Shown here in pieces: positions 40,230 through 50,342 of a DNA stretch of 64,000 nt (the first letter of the stretch is position 1; every line of letters begins with the position of its first letter). The DNA is taken from assembly GCA_963805455.1 (NCBI GenBank), contig CAWDUJ010000004.1, positions 32,627 to 96,626 on the forward strand. The letters run 5' to 3'. Source of the DNA: an uncultured Solirubrobacterales bacterium. GTDB taxonomy: Bacteria > Actinomycetota > Thermoleophilia > Solirubrobacterales > 70-9. The notes under the pieces were generated by a model. The model did no database searches. It was not told the DNA's origin and saw only the letters and a program-made list of their open reading frames with translations. The position numbers and the translations under genes are program-made.

Positions 40230-40807
40230 GCCGCCAGCAACCGCGCGCAGGCCGGCTGCGGCAGCGCCGCGCCGCCGACGCCAGGGACCAGGGCGCCGGC
40301 CAGAGCCCGTCGTGCGGCGATCCAGCCGAGTGGCCGCTTCAGGACCGCGGGCCTGACCCCGTGCTCGAGCAGATCGCCGACAGCCAGGGCGGTGAGGGCG
40401 CGGTCCTCGGCCAGATCCGCCCGGAGAAGGGCCCCGGAGGGGCGGATCGGTCCCGCCAGCGCCTCCTGCACCAGGTGCGGGGCGAGGTTCACGACAACGA
40501 TGCCGCCGCGGCCGATCGCGAGCGCGGCCCCCACCCGTTCCAACCCGCCCTCGTCGGAGGGCAGGGTCAGGTGGCAGATCTTCCCTCGCGAGGCGACGGC
40601 GGCCTCGGGCAGGTGTGCGACCAGCCGCTCCTCGAGCTCGCGGGCTGCGCCGGTCGCGATCAGCGACGGCCGGGGCAGACGACCCGGGTCGAGATCGACC
40701 AGAAGCCCCGCCCGGTCGGGCTCGGCTCCCGCGCAGGCCAGTGCCGCGGCGGCCGCCCGGGCGCCGCCCGCCGCGCCGACCCGTACGACGAGGACCACCG
40801 CGCTCAT
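40226..40807 (-). CDS. ParA/TadZ-like protein with degenerate Walker A
   Basis: AVVLVVRVGAAGGARAAAAALACAGAEPDRAGLLVDLDPGR mirrors the ParA/MinD N-terminus, but the GKT lysine is absent. Confidence 0.5.
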   Translation of the reverse strand: MSAVVLVVRVGAAGGARAAAAALACAGAEPDRAGLLVDLDPGRLPRPSLIATGAARELEERLVAHLPEAAVASRGKICHLTLPSDEGGLERVGAALAIGRGGIVVVNLAPHLVQEALAGPIRPSGALLRADLAEDRALTALAVGDLLEHGVRPAVLKRPLGWIAARRALAGALVPGVGGAALPQPACARLLAA

Positions 40808-41133
40808 CCCGGCCTCGCCGACGCCGAGGAGGAGAGAACCAGGCGCCCGTCAAGGAGGCCGAAGGGCGAGGGGGGGCTGAGTCGGACCGTGACCCTGCCG
40901 CGGTCGACCTCGACAACGAGGTCGTCGTCTGCCCAACCGGGGAGGCCGGCTCGCGCGCCCTGGGCCGCCGAGCGGCCCGAGGCGAGGGCGAGGGCACCGG
41001 CCTCCGCGGCTCCGTCGGCCAGGGTCAGCGCGTAACCGGCGAGCAGCAGCTGCAGGGCGATCAGGGCGGCCAGCAGCAACGCCGGCACCGCGGCGACGAG
41101 CTCGACCGAGGCCTGGCCTCGCTCGTTATCCAC
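40804..41133 (-). CDS. TadE-like pilus assembly protein
   Basis: GTG 41131-41133. ERGQASVELVAAVPALLLAALIALQLLLAG is a TadE N-terminal domain pattern. Confidence 0.65.
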   Translation of the reverse strand: MDNERGQASVELVAAVPALLLAALIALQLLLAGYALTLADGAAEAGALALASGRSAAQGARAGLPGWADDDLVVEVDRGRVTVRLSPPSPFGLLDGRLVLSSSASARPG

Positions 41134-41476
41134 CAGCGCCCAATCTCGTGCTCGCGGCGACGGTGACCGGTGGCAGGCCAGGCAGCAGCCGGGGAACCGG
41201 GACCTCGACCGATACCGAGCCGGCGTCATCGACGCGGGCGCCGTGGCGCATCGACGGCGGCAGGGCGGCCCTTGCCGCACCGGCGGCATCCCGCCCCACG
41301 ACCGCCGCGCGCGCTCCCGCCCGCGCCGCCACCCCGGCGGACCAGAGGGTTTGGCCGGCGAGCGCGAGCTGGGCGGCGACGAGGATCGCGAGCAGCAGAA
41401 ACGGGAGGGCTCCGACGAGCTCGATCGAGGCCGAGCCGGCCTCGTCGCTGCGGCGGACGGGATTCGAGGTGCTCAC
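41126..41476 (-). CDS. TadE-like pilus assembly protein
   Basis: DEAGSASIELVGALPFLLLAILVAAQLALAG. Confidence 0.65.
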   Translation of the reverse strand: MSTSNPVRRSDEAGSASIELVGALPFLLLAILVAAQLALAGQTLWSAGVAARAGARAAVVGRDAAGAARAALPPSMRHGARVDDAGSVSVEVPVPRLLPGLPPVTVAASTRLGAGG

Positions 41477-41530
41477 GAACCGACGGTCCCACGCCGCGCT
41501 TCAAGCGTGGCGCGACAAAGCTAACGAATC

Positions 41531-41905
41531 TCAGTAGGTGTTGGCCTCGATCCAGATCCGCCAGATCGCGGCCACCGAGGCCCCGAACAGGAGAATCCAG
41601 ACAAGGGTGCCGCCGCCGCTCGAGAACATCTCGTCGCTACCGGCGACCAGCAGCGCGATCAGTCCCAGCGCCCCGTAGAGGATCGCCCGCCGAGCATCGC
41701 TCAGCGTCGCCAGCGTCAGCTGGTTCTGACGGGAGAGCACGTAGACGGTCCAGGCGATCGCGGCCAGGAAACCGATCGTGATCGCCGTCAGCACCGCATC
41801 GGCGATGTTGCCCCCGGCCGGGAGAAAGGCGACCGCAAGCGCCAGCACCAGCACGATCGCGATGTTGCGAACCCGACGCATCCCCTCAATTGTAGGAGCA
41901 TCCAC
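41531..41905 (-). CDS. Membrane protein, function unknown
   Basis: 124 aa with four hydrophobic segments and coding-like composition. Confidence 0.55.
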   Translation of the reverse strand: MDAPTIEGMRRVRNIAIVLVLALAVAFLPAGGNIADAVLTAITIGFLAAIAWTVYVLSRQNQLTLATLSDARRAILYGALGLIALLVAGSDEMFSSGGGTLVWILLFGASVAAIWRIWIEANTY

Positions 41906-41929
41906 TGCCCATCCTTGCGGTGGGCCGAC

Positions 41930-42166
41930 TCAGTTGTTGGCCATGACGATGATGCCCACCGCGACCGCCCCCAGGGTCCCAGCGACCGCGAGGATGCCGA
42001 GTGTGGCCGCGGCGGCGGCGGCGGCGGGACGATCGCTTCGGCTGAGCTCGACGAAACGCGCGGCGCCCCAAATCGCCACCGAGAAGACAGCCGTGATCCC
42101 GACCCCGACGACGAGCGAGGCGACCACCGTCTCCAGCAACTCCTTGGTCTCGACGACGACCGCCAT
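41930..42166 (-). CDS. Small membrane protein, function unknown
   Basis: 78 aa with two TM segments. Its start abuts the PiT stop. Confidence 0.5.
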   Translation of the reverse strand: MAVVVETKELLETVVASLVVGVGITAVFSVAIWGAARFVELSRSDRPAAAAAAATLGILAVAGTLGAVAVGIIVMANN

Positions 42167-43263
42167 CAGCTGGCGGGGACGGGAGCGCCCTGTTGCGCGC
42201 GCCGCACGAAGGCGACGATCACAAGTGCGAGGGCGGCCAGGGTCACCAGCACCGGCCCCAACGCCCCGGTGCCGAAGATTCGGGTCACCCCATAGGTCGC
42301 CGCACCGATCGCCGCCGCCGCCGGCAGTGTCAGCAGCCAGGCGACCATGATGTTCCCGGCGACGCCCCAGCGGACCGCGGAGACCCGCTTCGCGGCGCCG
42401 GCCCCCATCACGCCACCGTTGATGACGTGAGTCGTCGAGAGCGGGAAGCCGAAGTGGGTCGAGGTGAGGATCACCGCCGCCCCCGCCCCCTGCGCCGAGA
42501 ACCCCTGTGCGGCGTCCATCTTGATGATCCGTGTCCCCGTGGTGCGGATGATCCGCCAGCCTCCGCTGTAGGTGCCGAGGGAGATGGCAGCCGCCGCCGA
42601 GACGATCACCCAGAGCGGCGGGTCCGAGCCGGCCGCGAGAGAACCGTTCGCGATCAGGGCCAGCGTGATCACCCCCATTGTCTTCTGGGCGTCGTTGGTC
42701 CCGTGCGCAAGAGCGAGCATGCCCCCTGAAACGATCTGTCCCAGACGGAACCCCCGGGTCACCGTGCCGGGTCGCTGGCGGCCGACGATTCGGTACACGA
42801 TCCCGATCGAGATACCGGCAACGAGGAGGGCGAGGATTGGAGCAATGACCGCGGGGACGAGGACTTTGCCGACCACGCCGTCGGCCAGCACGGCGTCGAG
42901 ACCGGAGGCGGCCACGGCCGAACCGATCACACCGCCGATCAATGCGTGAGACGAGCTCGAGGGCAGACCCGAATACCAGGTGATCAGATTCCAGGCGATC
43001 GCGCCGATCAGACCCGCGAAAACGACCGTTGGGGTGACCACCGCCGGGTCGACGACGTCATTGGCCACCGTCGCCGCGACCGAAATCGAGATGAAGGCGC
43101 CGATGAAGTTCAGCAGGGAGGCAAAGGCGATCGCCACCTGCGGGCGCGCCGCTCGGGTCGAGATCGATGTGGCAACCACGTTGGCGGTGTCGTGGAAGCC
43201 GTTGGTGAAGTCGAACGCCAGCGCCGTGGCGACGACGATCACCATGATCAGATCCGAGCTCAC
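42166..43263 (-). CDS. pit: Inorganic phosphate transporter, PiT family
   Basis: FDFTNGFHDTAN and ALAHGTNDAQKTMG signatures. GTG 43261-43263 overlaps the DUF47 stop. Confidence 0.9.
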   Translation of the reverse strand: MSSDLIMVIVVATALAFDFTNGFHDTANVVATSISTRAARPQVAIAFASLLNFIGAFISISVAATVANDVVDPAVVTPTVVFAGLIGAIAWNLITWYSGLPSSSSHALIGGVIGSAVAASGLDAVLADGVVGKVLVPAVIAPILALLVAGISIGIVYRIVGRQRPGTVTRGFRLGQIVSGGMLALAHGTNDAQKTMGVITLALIANGSLAAGSDPPLWVIVSAAAAISLGTYSGGWRIIRTTGTRIIKMDAAQGFSAQGAGAAVILTSTHFGFPLSTTHVINGGVMGAGAAKRVSAVRWGVAGNIMVAWLLTLPAAAAIGAATYGVTRIFGTGALGPVLVTLAALALVIVAFVRRAQQGAPVPAS

Positions 43264-43880
43264 GAGTTCTTGATGACGATGCCCTCGATGATCTGAGCCG
43301 CGGTCTCGGTTGCGTCGATCGCGTTCTCGAGAACAGCGAACATGTCCTTCCACCGAATCACGACCATCGGGTCGATCCCATTCGAGAACAGCGATGCGAC
43401 CGCGTCGCGGGAAATCCGATCGCCCTCGTTCTCGAGGCGATGGATCTCGATCCAATACTTGTCGAGGCCCTTGAACTCGCGCAGGTGCTCGAGCCCGTTG
43501 GCAAGCTCCTCGCAGGCGCTGACCAGTACCTCCGTCAACGCCTGCGCCTGCTGCATCGGCGCCTCGATCTGGTACAGGCCGAGCAGATCCGCCGCCTCCT
43601 CCGTGTAGTCGACGATGTCGTCCATCTGGGTCGCAAGGCCGTAGATGTCCTCGCGGTCGATCGGGGTCACGAAGGTGGAGTTCAGCCGCCGGACGATGTC
43701 GTGGGTGATCCGATCCCCCTCCTGCTCGGCCTTGAGGATCTCCCTGCCCAAATCGCCGTCATCGGGCCAGGTGGCCATCATCTGGTCGAGCAGACGCGCG
43801 GCCCTGAGGGTGTTGCGACCCGCCTCGACGAAGAGATCGAAGAACATGCGGTCGCGAGGCAGTAGCGAGAGCCGCGCCAT
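43260..43880 (-). CDS. DUF47 (PhoU-like) phosphate transport regulator
   Basis: 206 aa. FFDLF...EQEGDRITHDI...ENEGDRISRD. Typical partner of PiT. Confidence 0.85.
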   Translation of the reverse strand: MARLSLLPRDRMFFDLFVEAGRNTLRAARLLDQMMATWPDDGDLGREILKAEQEGDRITHDIVRRLNSTFVTPIDREDIYGLATQMDDIVDYTEEAADLLGLYQIEAPMQQAQALTEVLVSACEELANGLEHLREFKGLDKYWIEIHRLENEGDRISRDAVASLFSNGIDPMVVIRWKDMFAVLENAIDATETAAQIIEGIVIKNS

Positions 43881-43907
43881 CGAGCAATCCTATTGATCGA
43901 TGGCGCC

Positions 43908-46094
43908 TCAGCCCGCCGCCGCCGCGAGTTGCTCCGCGGCCCTCCCACCATGCCGTTCGCGGAGCTCATCCTGGACGCTCCGGCGCCCCTCCTCAGGGGT
44001 CGGAGTCCTGTTCCAGACCCCGTCGGAGTCCAGCTCCCAGGCGTTCGCGTTGTCCGCGAGGCAGCGCTCGAGGGTGTCGACCATCTCGGCCTGCAGGGTC
44101 GGGTCCTCGACCGGCGTCACCAGCTCGACGCGGTGATCCAGGTTGCGCGGCATCAGGTCCGCGGAGCCGATCAGGACCCGGACCTCGTCGCCGCGATGGA
44201 AGGTGTAGAGACGCGAATGCTCGAGGAAGCGACCGACGACCGAGACGACGCGGATGTTGTCGGAGACGCCGGGAACATGGGGGCGCAGGCAGCAGATCCC
44301 CCGCACGTTGAGGTCGACCTGCACCCCGGCGCGCGACGCCTCGTAGAGCGCGCGGATGCAGCCCGGGTCGACCAGCGCGTTCATCTTCAGGGCGATCCGA
44401 GCGTCTTCGCCGGCGCGGTGCGCGTCGACGGTCCTCTCGATCTCGCCGAGGAGGCTGTCGCGCATCGTCGTCGGCGACACCAGCACCTTGCGGAACCCGG
44501 CCGGCCGGCCGTAGCCGGTGAGGAAGTTGAACATCTCGGAGACGTCGGCGCCGATCTGGGAGTCGGCCGTGAAGATCCCGAAATCGGTGTAGAGACGGGC
44601 CGTGGTCGGGTTGTAGTTGCCGGTCCCGATGTGGACGTACTCGCGGACCTGATCGCCCTCACGACGGACGACGAGGATCGCCTTGACGTGGGTCTTCAGT
44701 CCGGGGATTCCGTATACGACATGGACCCCGGCCTCCTCGAGCGACTTCGCCCAGTGGATGTTCGCCGCCTCGTCGAAACGGGCTTTGAGCTCGACCATGC
44801 AGACCGCCTGCTTGCCCCGTTCGGAGGCGCGGATCAGCATCGGCACCAGCGGAGAGTCGTCGCTGGTCCGGTACACCGTCTGCTTGATCGCGAGGACGTC
44901 GGGGTCGGCGACCGCCTGGGCGACGAAGCGATCGACCGAGGTTGTGAAGGAGTCGTAGGGGTGGTGGACGAGGATGTCTCCCTGGCGGATCGCGGCGAAC
45001 ATGTCGACCGGCTCCTCGTCCTCGCCCATCAGGCGCGGCTGGGTGCAGGGGCTCCAGGGCTCGTAGCGCAGCTCGAGCCGGCCCGGGACGTCGGCGAGGT
45101 CACTGACGTCGGCGAGGTCGATCAGGCCGTCGACGTCGTAGACCTCGCGGGCCTCCAGCCGCAGCGCGTCGATCAACGAGGCTCGGAGCTTGGAGTTCAT
45201 CCCGGTGGCGATCTCGAGCCGGACGACCTCGCCGAAGCGGCGGCGGCGCAGTTCGTCCTGGACCGCCTGGAGGAGGTCGTCGGCCTCGTCGGAGACGGTG
45301 AAGTCGGTGTCGCGGGTGACCCGGAAGTAGCCGTGGTCGACGACCTCGGTGCCGGGGAAGAGGGCATCGAGATTGGCGGCGATCGCCTCCTCGAGCGGCA
45401 CGAAGGCCTCCTTCCCCTCCTCGCCGATCCGCAGGAAGCGGCCGAGAAGCTCCTTCGGCACCTTGACCCGGGCGATGATCTCGGTCGCGCTCTCGGGGTC
45501 GCGCAGGAGCACGCCGAGGCTGAGCGAGAGGTTCGAGATATAGGGGAACGGCCGGCCGAGCCCGATCACCAGCGGCGTCAGGGCCGGGAACACCTGGTCA
45601 TGGAAGCGGGCGTCGATCTCGCGGCGCTCCTCCTCGGTGGCCGTCTCGAGGGAGACGATCCGGATCCCCTCCTTCTCGAGCGCGGGGCGAAGGTCCCCCT
45701 TGAAGCAGCGGTTGAGGCGGCCGTCGAGCTCGAGGACCCGCGCCTGGATCGAGTCGATCAGTTCTCCGGGCCCGAGCCCGTCGGGGCCGCGAGCGTCGAT
45801 CCCGGCATCGAGCTGGTCGAACAGACCGGCGACCCTGACCATGAAGAACTCATCGAGGTTCGAGGCGTAGATCGAGCAGAAGCGGACCCGCTCGAGCAGG
45901 GGCACGCTCTGGTCCTCGGCCAACTCCAGCACGCGTTGGTTGAAGTCGAGCCAGGAGAGCTCGCGATTGAAGTAGAGCGCTGGATCGTCGATCAGGCCAT
46001 CGTACTGTGGGGCACCCGTCTTCCAGGGCGACTCAGGCAGCACGAACTGCCGTTTGCCGGCCACCCAGGGCCGAGGTGCCGGCCGCCCGGCCAT
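43908..46094 (-). CDS. ppk1: Polyphosphate kinase 1
   Basis: YFNRELSWLDFNQRVLELAED...NLDEFFMVRV and onward, with no interruption. Start is uncertain (ATG 46094, GTG 46064 or GTG 46043). The upstream part of the track ORF belongs to the GT4 gene in a shifted frame. Confidence 0.9.
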   Translation of the reverse strand: MAGRPAPRPWVAGKRQFVLPESPWKTGAPQYDGLIDDPALYFNRELSWLDFNQRVLELAEDQSVPLLERVRFCSIYASNLDEFFMVRVAGLFDQLDAGIDARGPDGLGPGELIDSIQARVLELDGRLNRCFKGDLRPALEKEGIRIVSLETATEEERREIDARFHDQVFPALTPLVIGLGRPFPYISNLSLSLGVLLRDPESATEIIARVKVPKELLGRFLRIGEEGKEAFVPLEEAIAANLDALFPGTEVVDHGYFRVTRDTDFTVSDEADDLLQAVQDELRRRRFGEVVRLEIATGMNSKLRASLIDALRLEAREVYDVDGLIDLADVSDLADVPGRLELRYEPWSPCTQPRLMGEDEEPVDMFAAIRQGDILVHHPYDSFTTSVDRFVAQAVADPDVLAIKQTVYRTSDDSPLVPMLIRASERGKQAVCMVELKARFDEAANIHWAKSLEEAGVHVVYGIPGLKTHVKAILVVRREGDQVREYVHIGTGNYNPTTARLYTDFGIFTADSQIGADVSEMFNFLTGYGRPAGFRKVLVSPTTMRDSLLGEIERTVDAHRAGEDARIALKMNALVDPGCIRALYEASRAGVQVDLNVRGICCLRPHVPGVSDNIRVVSVVGRFLEHSRLYTFHRGDEVRVLIGSADLMPRNLDHRVELVTPVEDPTLQAEMVDTLERCLADNANAWELDSDGVWNRTPTPEEGRRSVQDELRERHGGRAAEQLAAAAG

Positions 46095-48306
46095 AGCCGG
46101 CCGCGAGCTGCTCCAGCGACCGCTCCCAGGAGCGCCCGCTGGGCGGCGTTGACGCCCGCGGTCCCGAGCCGGCGCCGCAGCAGCGGCGTCGAGGCGAGGC
46201 GCAGGATCCGCGCCCGCGAGGTGATCGGCGTCGGCCTGGCAGAGGAGCCCGGTGTGGTTGTTCTCGATCAGGGTCGCCGGCCCGCCCTCGGCGACCGCGA
46301 CCACCGGCAGCCCGCTGGCGCCGGCCTCGAGCACGACCTGTCCATAGGTGTCGGTCCGCGAGCAGAAGAGGAACATGTCGGCGCTGGCGTAGGCACGGGC
46401 CAGGTCCTCGCCCTCGAGCCAGCCGAGGAAAGTGGCGGAGTCTCCCGAGCCGCCCGCGCAGCTCCGCTTCCTCGGGCCCGCCTCCGGCGAGGAGCAGGTG
46501 GAGGCGCGGCTCGCTGCGGCGGGCACGGAGGAAGGCGTCGGCGAGCAGGTCGACGCCCTTCTCGCGCGTCATCCGGCCGGCGTAGAGGACCTTGATCTCG
46601 CCCGGATAGGCGTCGGGGTCGGCCTTGACCGGGTCGAAGCGGGAGACGTTGACGCCGCGCTCCCAGCGCCCGATCCGCTCCTTCTCGACGCCGAGGCCGG
46701 CGAGCGAGGAGTCGGCCGACGGGCTAGGCGAGAGGACCACCGAGGGGGCGTTGTAGAAGGCGGCGATCGCCATCTGGGCCATCGCCTCGATTCCGCCGTC
46801 GCCGGTTCGCATGCCGGCGTAGGCGCCGAGCTCGGTGTGGTAGCTGCCGACCAGCGGCATCCCGGTGATCCGGCCGAGCAGCATCGCGGCGATCCCGGCC
46901 GGGCCGGGGGCGGTGACGTGAAGCAGGTCGTAGCGGCCCTCGGCGAGGGTCTCGACGAGGTCGGTCAGCCCGGGCACGCCGAGCTTGAGCCCCTCGTAGA
47001 AGGGAACCTCGAGCTCGGTCGCAGCCGGCAGCCGGCGGTCGACCCCGGCGTCGGTGCCGACGACCTCGACCTCGAAGCCGGGGACCCCGTACTCGCGGAT
47101 CTGCTCGATCGTGTGGGTGACGCCGTGCATCGAGGCGATCCCGTCGACGATCACGGCAACCCGGCGCTCACCCTCGCGGCGGGCGAGCTTCGCCTTCTCG
47201 GCGCCGAGGAACGCGGCGGAGGGCGCGTAGGGGATCGCCGGGACGAGGGCCTCGAAGACGCCGCCGAAGGCCCTGCCGAGGTGGCCGTCGACCACCGCCC
47301 GGGAGCCGTCGGTGACGGCCGAGCGCAAACGCCGCTCGTGCGCGCGGCGGGCGCGGCGGTAGAGGTTGGCGTGGGAGAAGCCGTCGGACTGCAGGTGGGA
47401 GATCAGAGCCCGGCCGCGGAGGTCGAGCCCGACCGAGTCGAGCCAGGTGTCGAGCAGCCGGCGGGCGTCGTCGGGGCCGATGTCGGCCGCGGCCAAGCCC
47501 TCGCGGGCGGCGCCCTGATCGACCACCCGCTGGGCGATCTTGAGGACGGTGGCGGGGTCGGGAGCCCCCTCCCCCATCTCCTGCCCGTCGAGCGCGAGTG
47601 CGCGGGTGGCGAGCGCCATCGCCGCGTGGGCCCACTTCGCGGCGCTGCCCTGTTCGCCGGCCGCGGCGGCTTCGCCGTCGCGGATTCGGCCCAGAAACTC
47701 TTCCGGCGTGGACGCTATCGGCACCTCGGTGAATGTCCTGCCGATGTCCACGCCGGCGTGATCGTCGGAACCACCGATTCCGGTGCCGCCGTGCGTCTCG
47801 ATGTAGATCACGGCCGGCGCGTTCAGCTCGGGAGCCCGTGAGCCGTTGCGCACCTCCCAGATCGGGAACAACTCGGCCAGCCGGCGCCGGTGGCGCGGGG
47901 TGAGCGGAGCGGCGACGTCGTAGAACGGATGCGCAAGCGCGCACGTGATCTCGTTCTCGTGAAGGTGGGCGGCGCAGGCCTCGACGTCACCGGCATGTGC
48001 CTGCAGCCATTCGTGGTCTCCGGGAGTGATCCCGTAACAGAGGACATGCACCGCCTGGGGCTCGCCGGCAAAGCGGGCGGTCAGCTCCTCGGAGATGAAG
48101 CAGTCGGGCCGACCCTCGAGCTCGAGGCAGCCGGCGATCGTGTCGTGATCGGTGATCGTCACGAAGTCCATCCCACGGCGCTTGGCGAGCTCGTAGACCT
48201 CCTCGGGCGGGGTCGCGCACTCCGGCAGGCCGAGTGAGCGCTGGACGCCCAATCGAGAAAGCTGCGAGGCGGTGGAATGACAGTGCATGTCAACTCGGGA
48301 AGTCAT
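46033..48306 (-). pseudogene. PHP-domain phosphoesterase fused to GT4 glycosyltransferase, three frame breaks in the GT4 C-terminal part
   Basis: ATG 48304-48306 is preceded by GGGAG. PHP motifs are VDMHCHS, ITDHD, AHP and GGSDDHAG. GT4 motifs are VLYAGRMTREKG...FLGWLEGEDLARAYASADMFLF...EAGASGLPVV...SWERSLEQLAAGY. These can be read only by switching frames near 46441-46446, 46204-46210 and 46131-46134. Confidence 0.75.
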
Positions 48307-48371
48307 CGGTGTCTCCCTTTCCATGTCGGTCGCTATATCACCACCTAGTTTCTGCAATTAGCAGGGAAAAC

Positions 48372-48412
48372 TTGTGAACTGACGGGAAACCACGAGTGAA
48401 GAATCTGTGAAT
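48372..48412 (-). promoter_or_regulatory. PHO-box-like array upstream of the PHP-GT4/ppk1 operon
   Basis: Minus-strand read is ATTCACAGATT CTTCACTCGTG GTTTCCCGTCA GTTCACAAGTT. TTCAC units recur with exact 11-nt phasing. Confidence 0.6.
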
Positions 48413-48420
48413 GGGCGTGG

Positions 48421-49313
48421 CTAGAGGACGCGGTTCAGTGCGGTCCAGGTGCCGCTGCTCGCCTCGGCCCGCCAGAGGTCATGGAAGTCGCGGAAAAGCT
48501 GCTCGCGCCGGGCGATGAGCAGGGTGGTCAGCGGGGGGATGCCGTCGACCCTGGGCAGCATCACGTCGCAGTCGTGGATGTCGCCGAGCAAGCTCTGCAA
48601 TTCCTTGACCGCCCTCCGCGCCGCGACCGCCTCCTCGCCGAAGCAGAACTCGGTGATCTCAAGGACATAGCGAAGGCGCTTGGCGGCGATCCGCATGTCG
48701 TGCTGGGCCGTCGCGGCGGCGGGGTCCAGCGCCTGCTCCGCGAATCCGCCCAGCTCATCGAGTCTGGTCGCGACGATCCTTCCGGCGTTGGCGCGCAGAG
48801 ATTTCTGCGGGTCGAGGCCATCGACCCTGCGCGCCTTCACCTTCCCGCTGCCCCGACGAGCTTGTCCATTCGACGGCGCAGCTTCTTCAGCCGCTTCTTG
48901 TCCACCGCCGATGCCAATCCCTCGTTGGCCTCGCGTTGATCCTGGCGCAGGCCTTCGATCACCACCGCGAGACGATCGCGATCGGACCCACGGACCTCGC
49001 CCGTGAACTCGGAGAGGAACTCGATCGCGACGTCGGGGTCGCGGCGCTCCCCGAGGGCATCGGCGAGCGCCTTGACCCTCTTCAGCGCCCGGCGCCACGG
49101 CTTCGCCGGGAAGCAGGGCTCGAATATCTCCATCGCGGCGCGGAGTCGCCGGGTCGCGACCCTCATGTCGTGGACCCGCTCGATTTCGCCGGTGTCGAGG
49201 ACGCCGGGGGAGTGCTCGAACAGCTCCTCGGCGCGGAGGGCGATTACCCGCGCAGCCGCCTCGGCGAACTGCGCGTCGCAATTGAGATCGGGGATCTCCC
49301 GGGCCCGAGCCAC
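48421..49313 (-). pseudogene. CHAD domain protein, frame break near 48841-48846
   Basis: Two CHAD-like halves, VHDMRVATRRLRAAMEIF and HDMRIAAKRLRYVLEI. They join at ...DKLVGAAG|KVKARRVDGLDP if one base is removed from GGGAAGG. Confidence 0.75.
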
Positions 49314-49350
49314 GGAGTGAGGCTAGAGAAAAGCTCCCAAATTGGGGGAA

Positions 49351-50259
49351 TCAGGCAGCCAGGCGGTCGGCGGTGCGGCCGTTGGCGTTGCAGTTGAGGA
49401 GGTCGAGGATGACCCCCTCGCGCAGGCCGCCCTTACCGATCTGGAGCGGTTGCCCGAGCAGATCGGAGGCCTTCTCCAGCAGCAGGACGCCGGTGGTGAG
49501 AATGCGGACGCGCTCCGGGTCGAGCTCGAAGCGCCTGGCGACATCGGCAGCGGGCTCGCCGGCCAGGACCCTGACCCCACGCTCGAGCGTCTCGTACTCG
49601 AGCACCGCGCCCACCAACCTTCGCATCGAGGTGGCGCTGCCACCGACGGCGACGGCCTGCGCCGGCGGGGCGATCTCGACCCCTTCGAAGATCTCCTCGA
49701 TCCGCTCGCGGATCCGGCGGATCTCGGCCGCCGAGGGTGGGTCGGAGGAGATCAGCTCGTCGGCGAGCGCCCCGGACCCGACCTTCCAGGAGAGCACCTC
49801 CTCGACCCCTCCGGAGACCGTCCCGAGGACGACCTCGGTCGAGCCACCGCCGACGTCGACGACTCCGACCTTGCCGTCGGCGGGGTGGCCGAGCGTTTTC
49901 GTCGCGCCGATGAAGGCCAGGCGCCCCTCCTCCTCCTCGCTGAGGATCTCGACCGGGACCCCGGAGTGCTTGGCGATCTTCGCCGCCACGGCCTCGCCGT
50001 TGCCGGCCTCGCGGACGGCGGCGGTCGCCACCGCGCGAATCTCCTCGGCGCCGAGCTCGCGGGCCAGGCGCACCTGGGTGGCGACGACCTCGACGACCTC
50101 CTCGATCTTCTCGGGGACGATCGCGCCGTCGTCGCCGATCGCCTTGTTGATCCGCGTGTACGCGCGCTGCTCCATCACCTTCTTGAGCTGGCCATCGACC
50201 GGCTCAGCGACGAGCACGCGCGTCGTATTCGACCCGATATCTATTGCCCCACAGAGCAT
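49351..50259 (-). CDS. ppx: Ppx/GppA family phosphatase (exopolyphosphatase-like)
   Basis: AIDIGSNTTRVLV...DVGGGSTE. Confidence 0.85.
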   Translation of the reverse strand: MLCGAIDIGSNTTRVLVAEPVDGQLKKVMEQRAYTRINKAIGDDGAIVPEKIEEVVEVVATQVRLARELGAEEIRAVATAAVREAGNGEAVAAKIAKHSGVPVEILSEEEEGRLAFIGATKTLGHPADGKVGVVDVGGGSTEVVLGTVSGGVEEVLSWKVGSGALADELISSDPPSAAEIRRIRERIEEIFEGVEIAPPAQAVAVGGSATSMRRLVGAVLEYETLERGVRVLAGEPAADVARRFELDPERVRILTTGVLLLEKASDLLGQPLQIGKGGLREGVILDLLNCNANGRTADRLAA

Positions 50260-50342
50260 CAGCGACGGTCATTCATGTTGTCAGACGTCCCGGACCGGAT
50301 CGTCACGCAGTCCGCTCTTTCCGGGGTCCCGGAAATGGGGCA

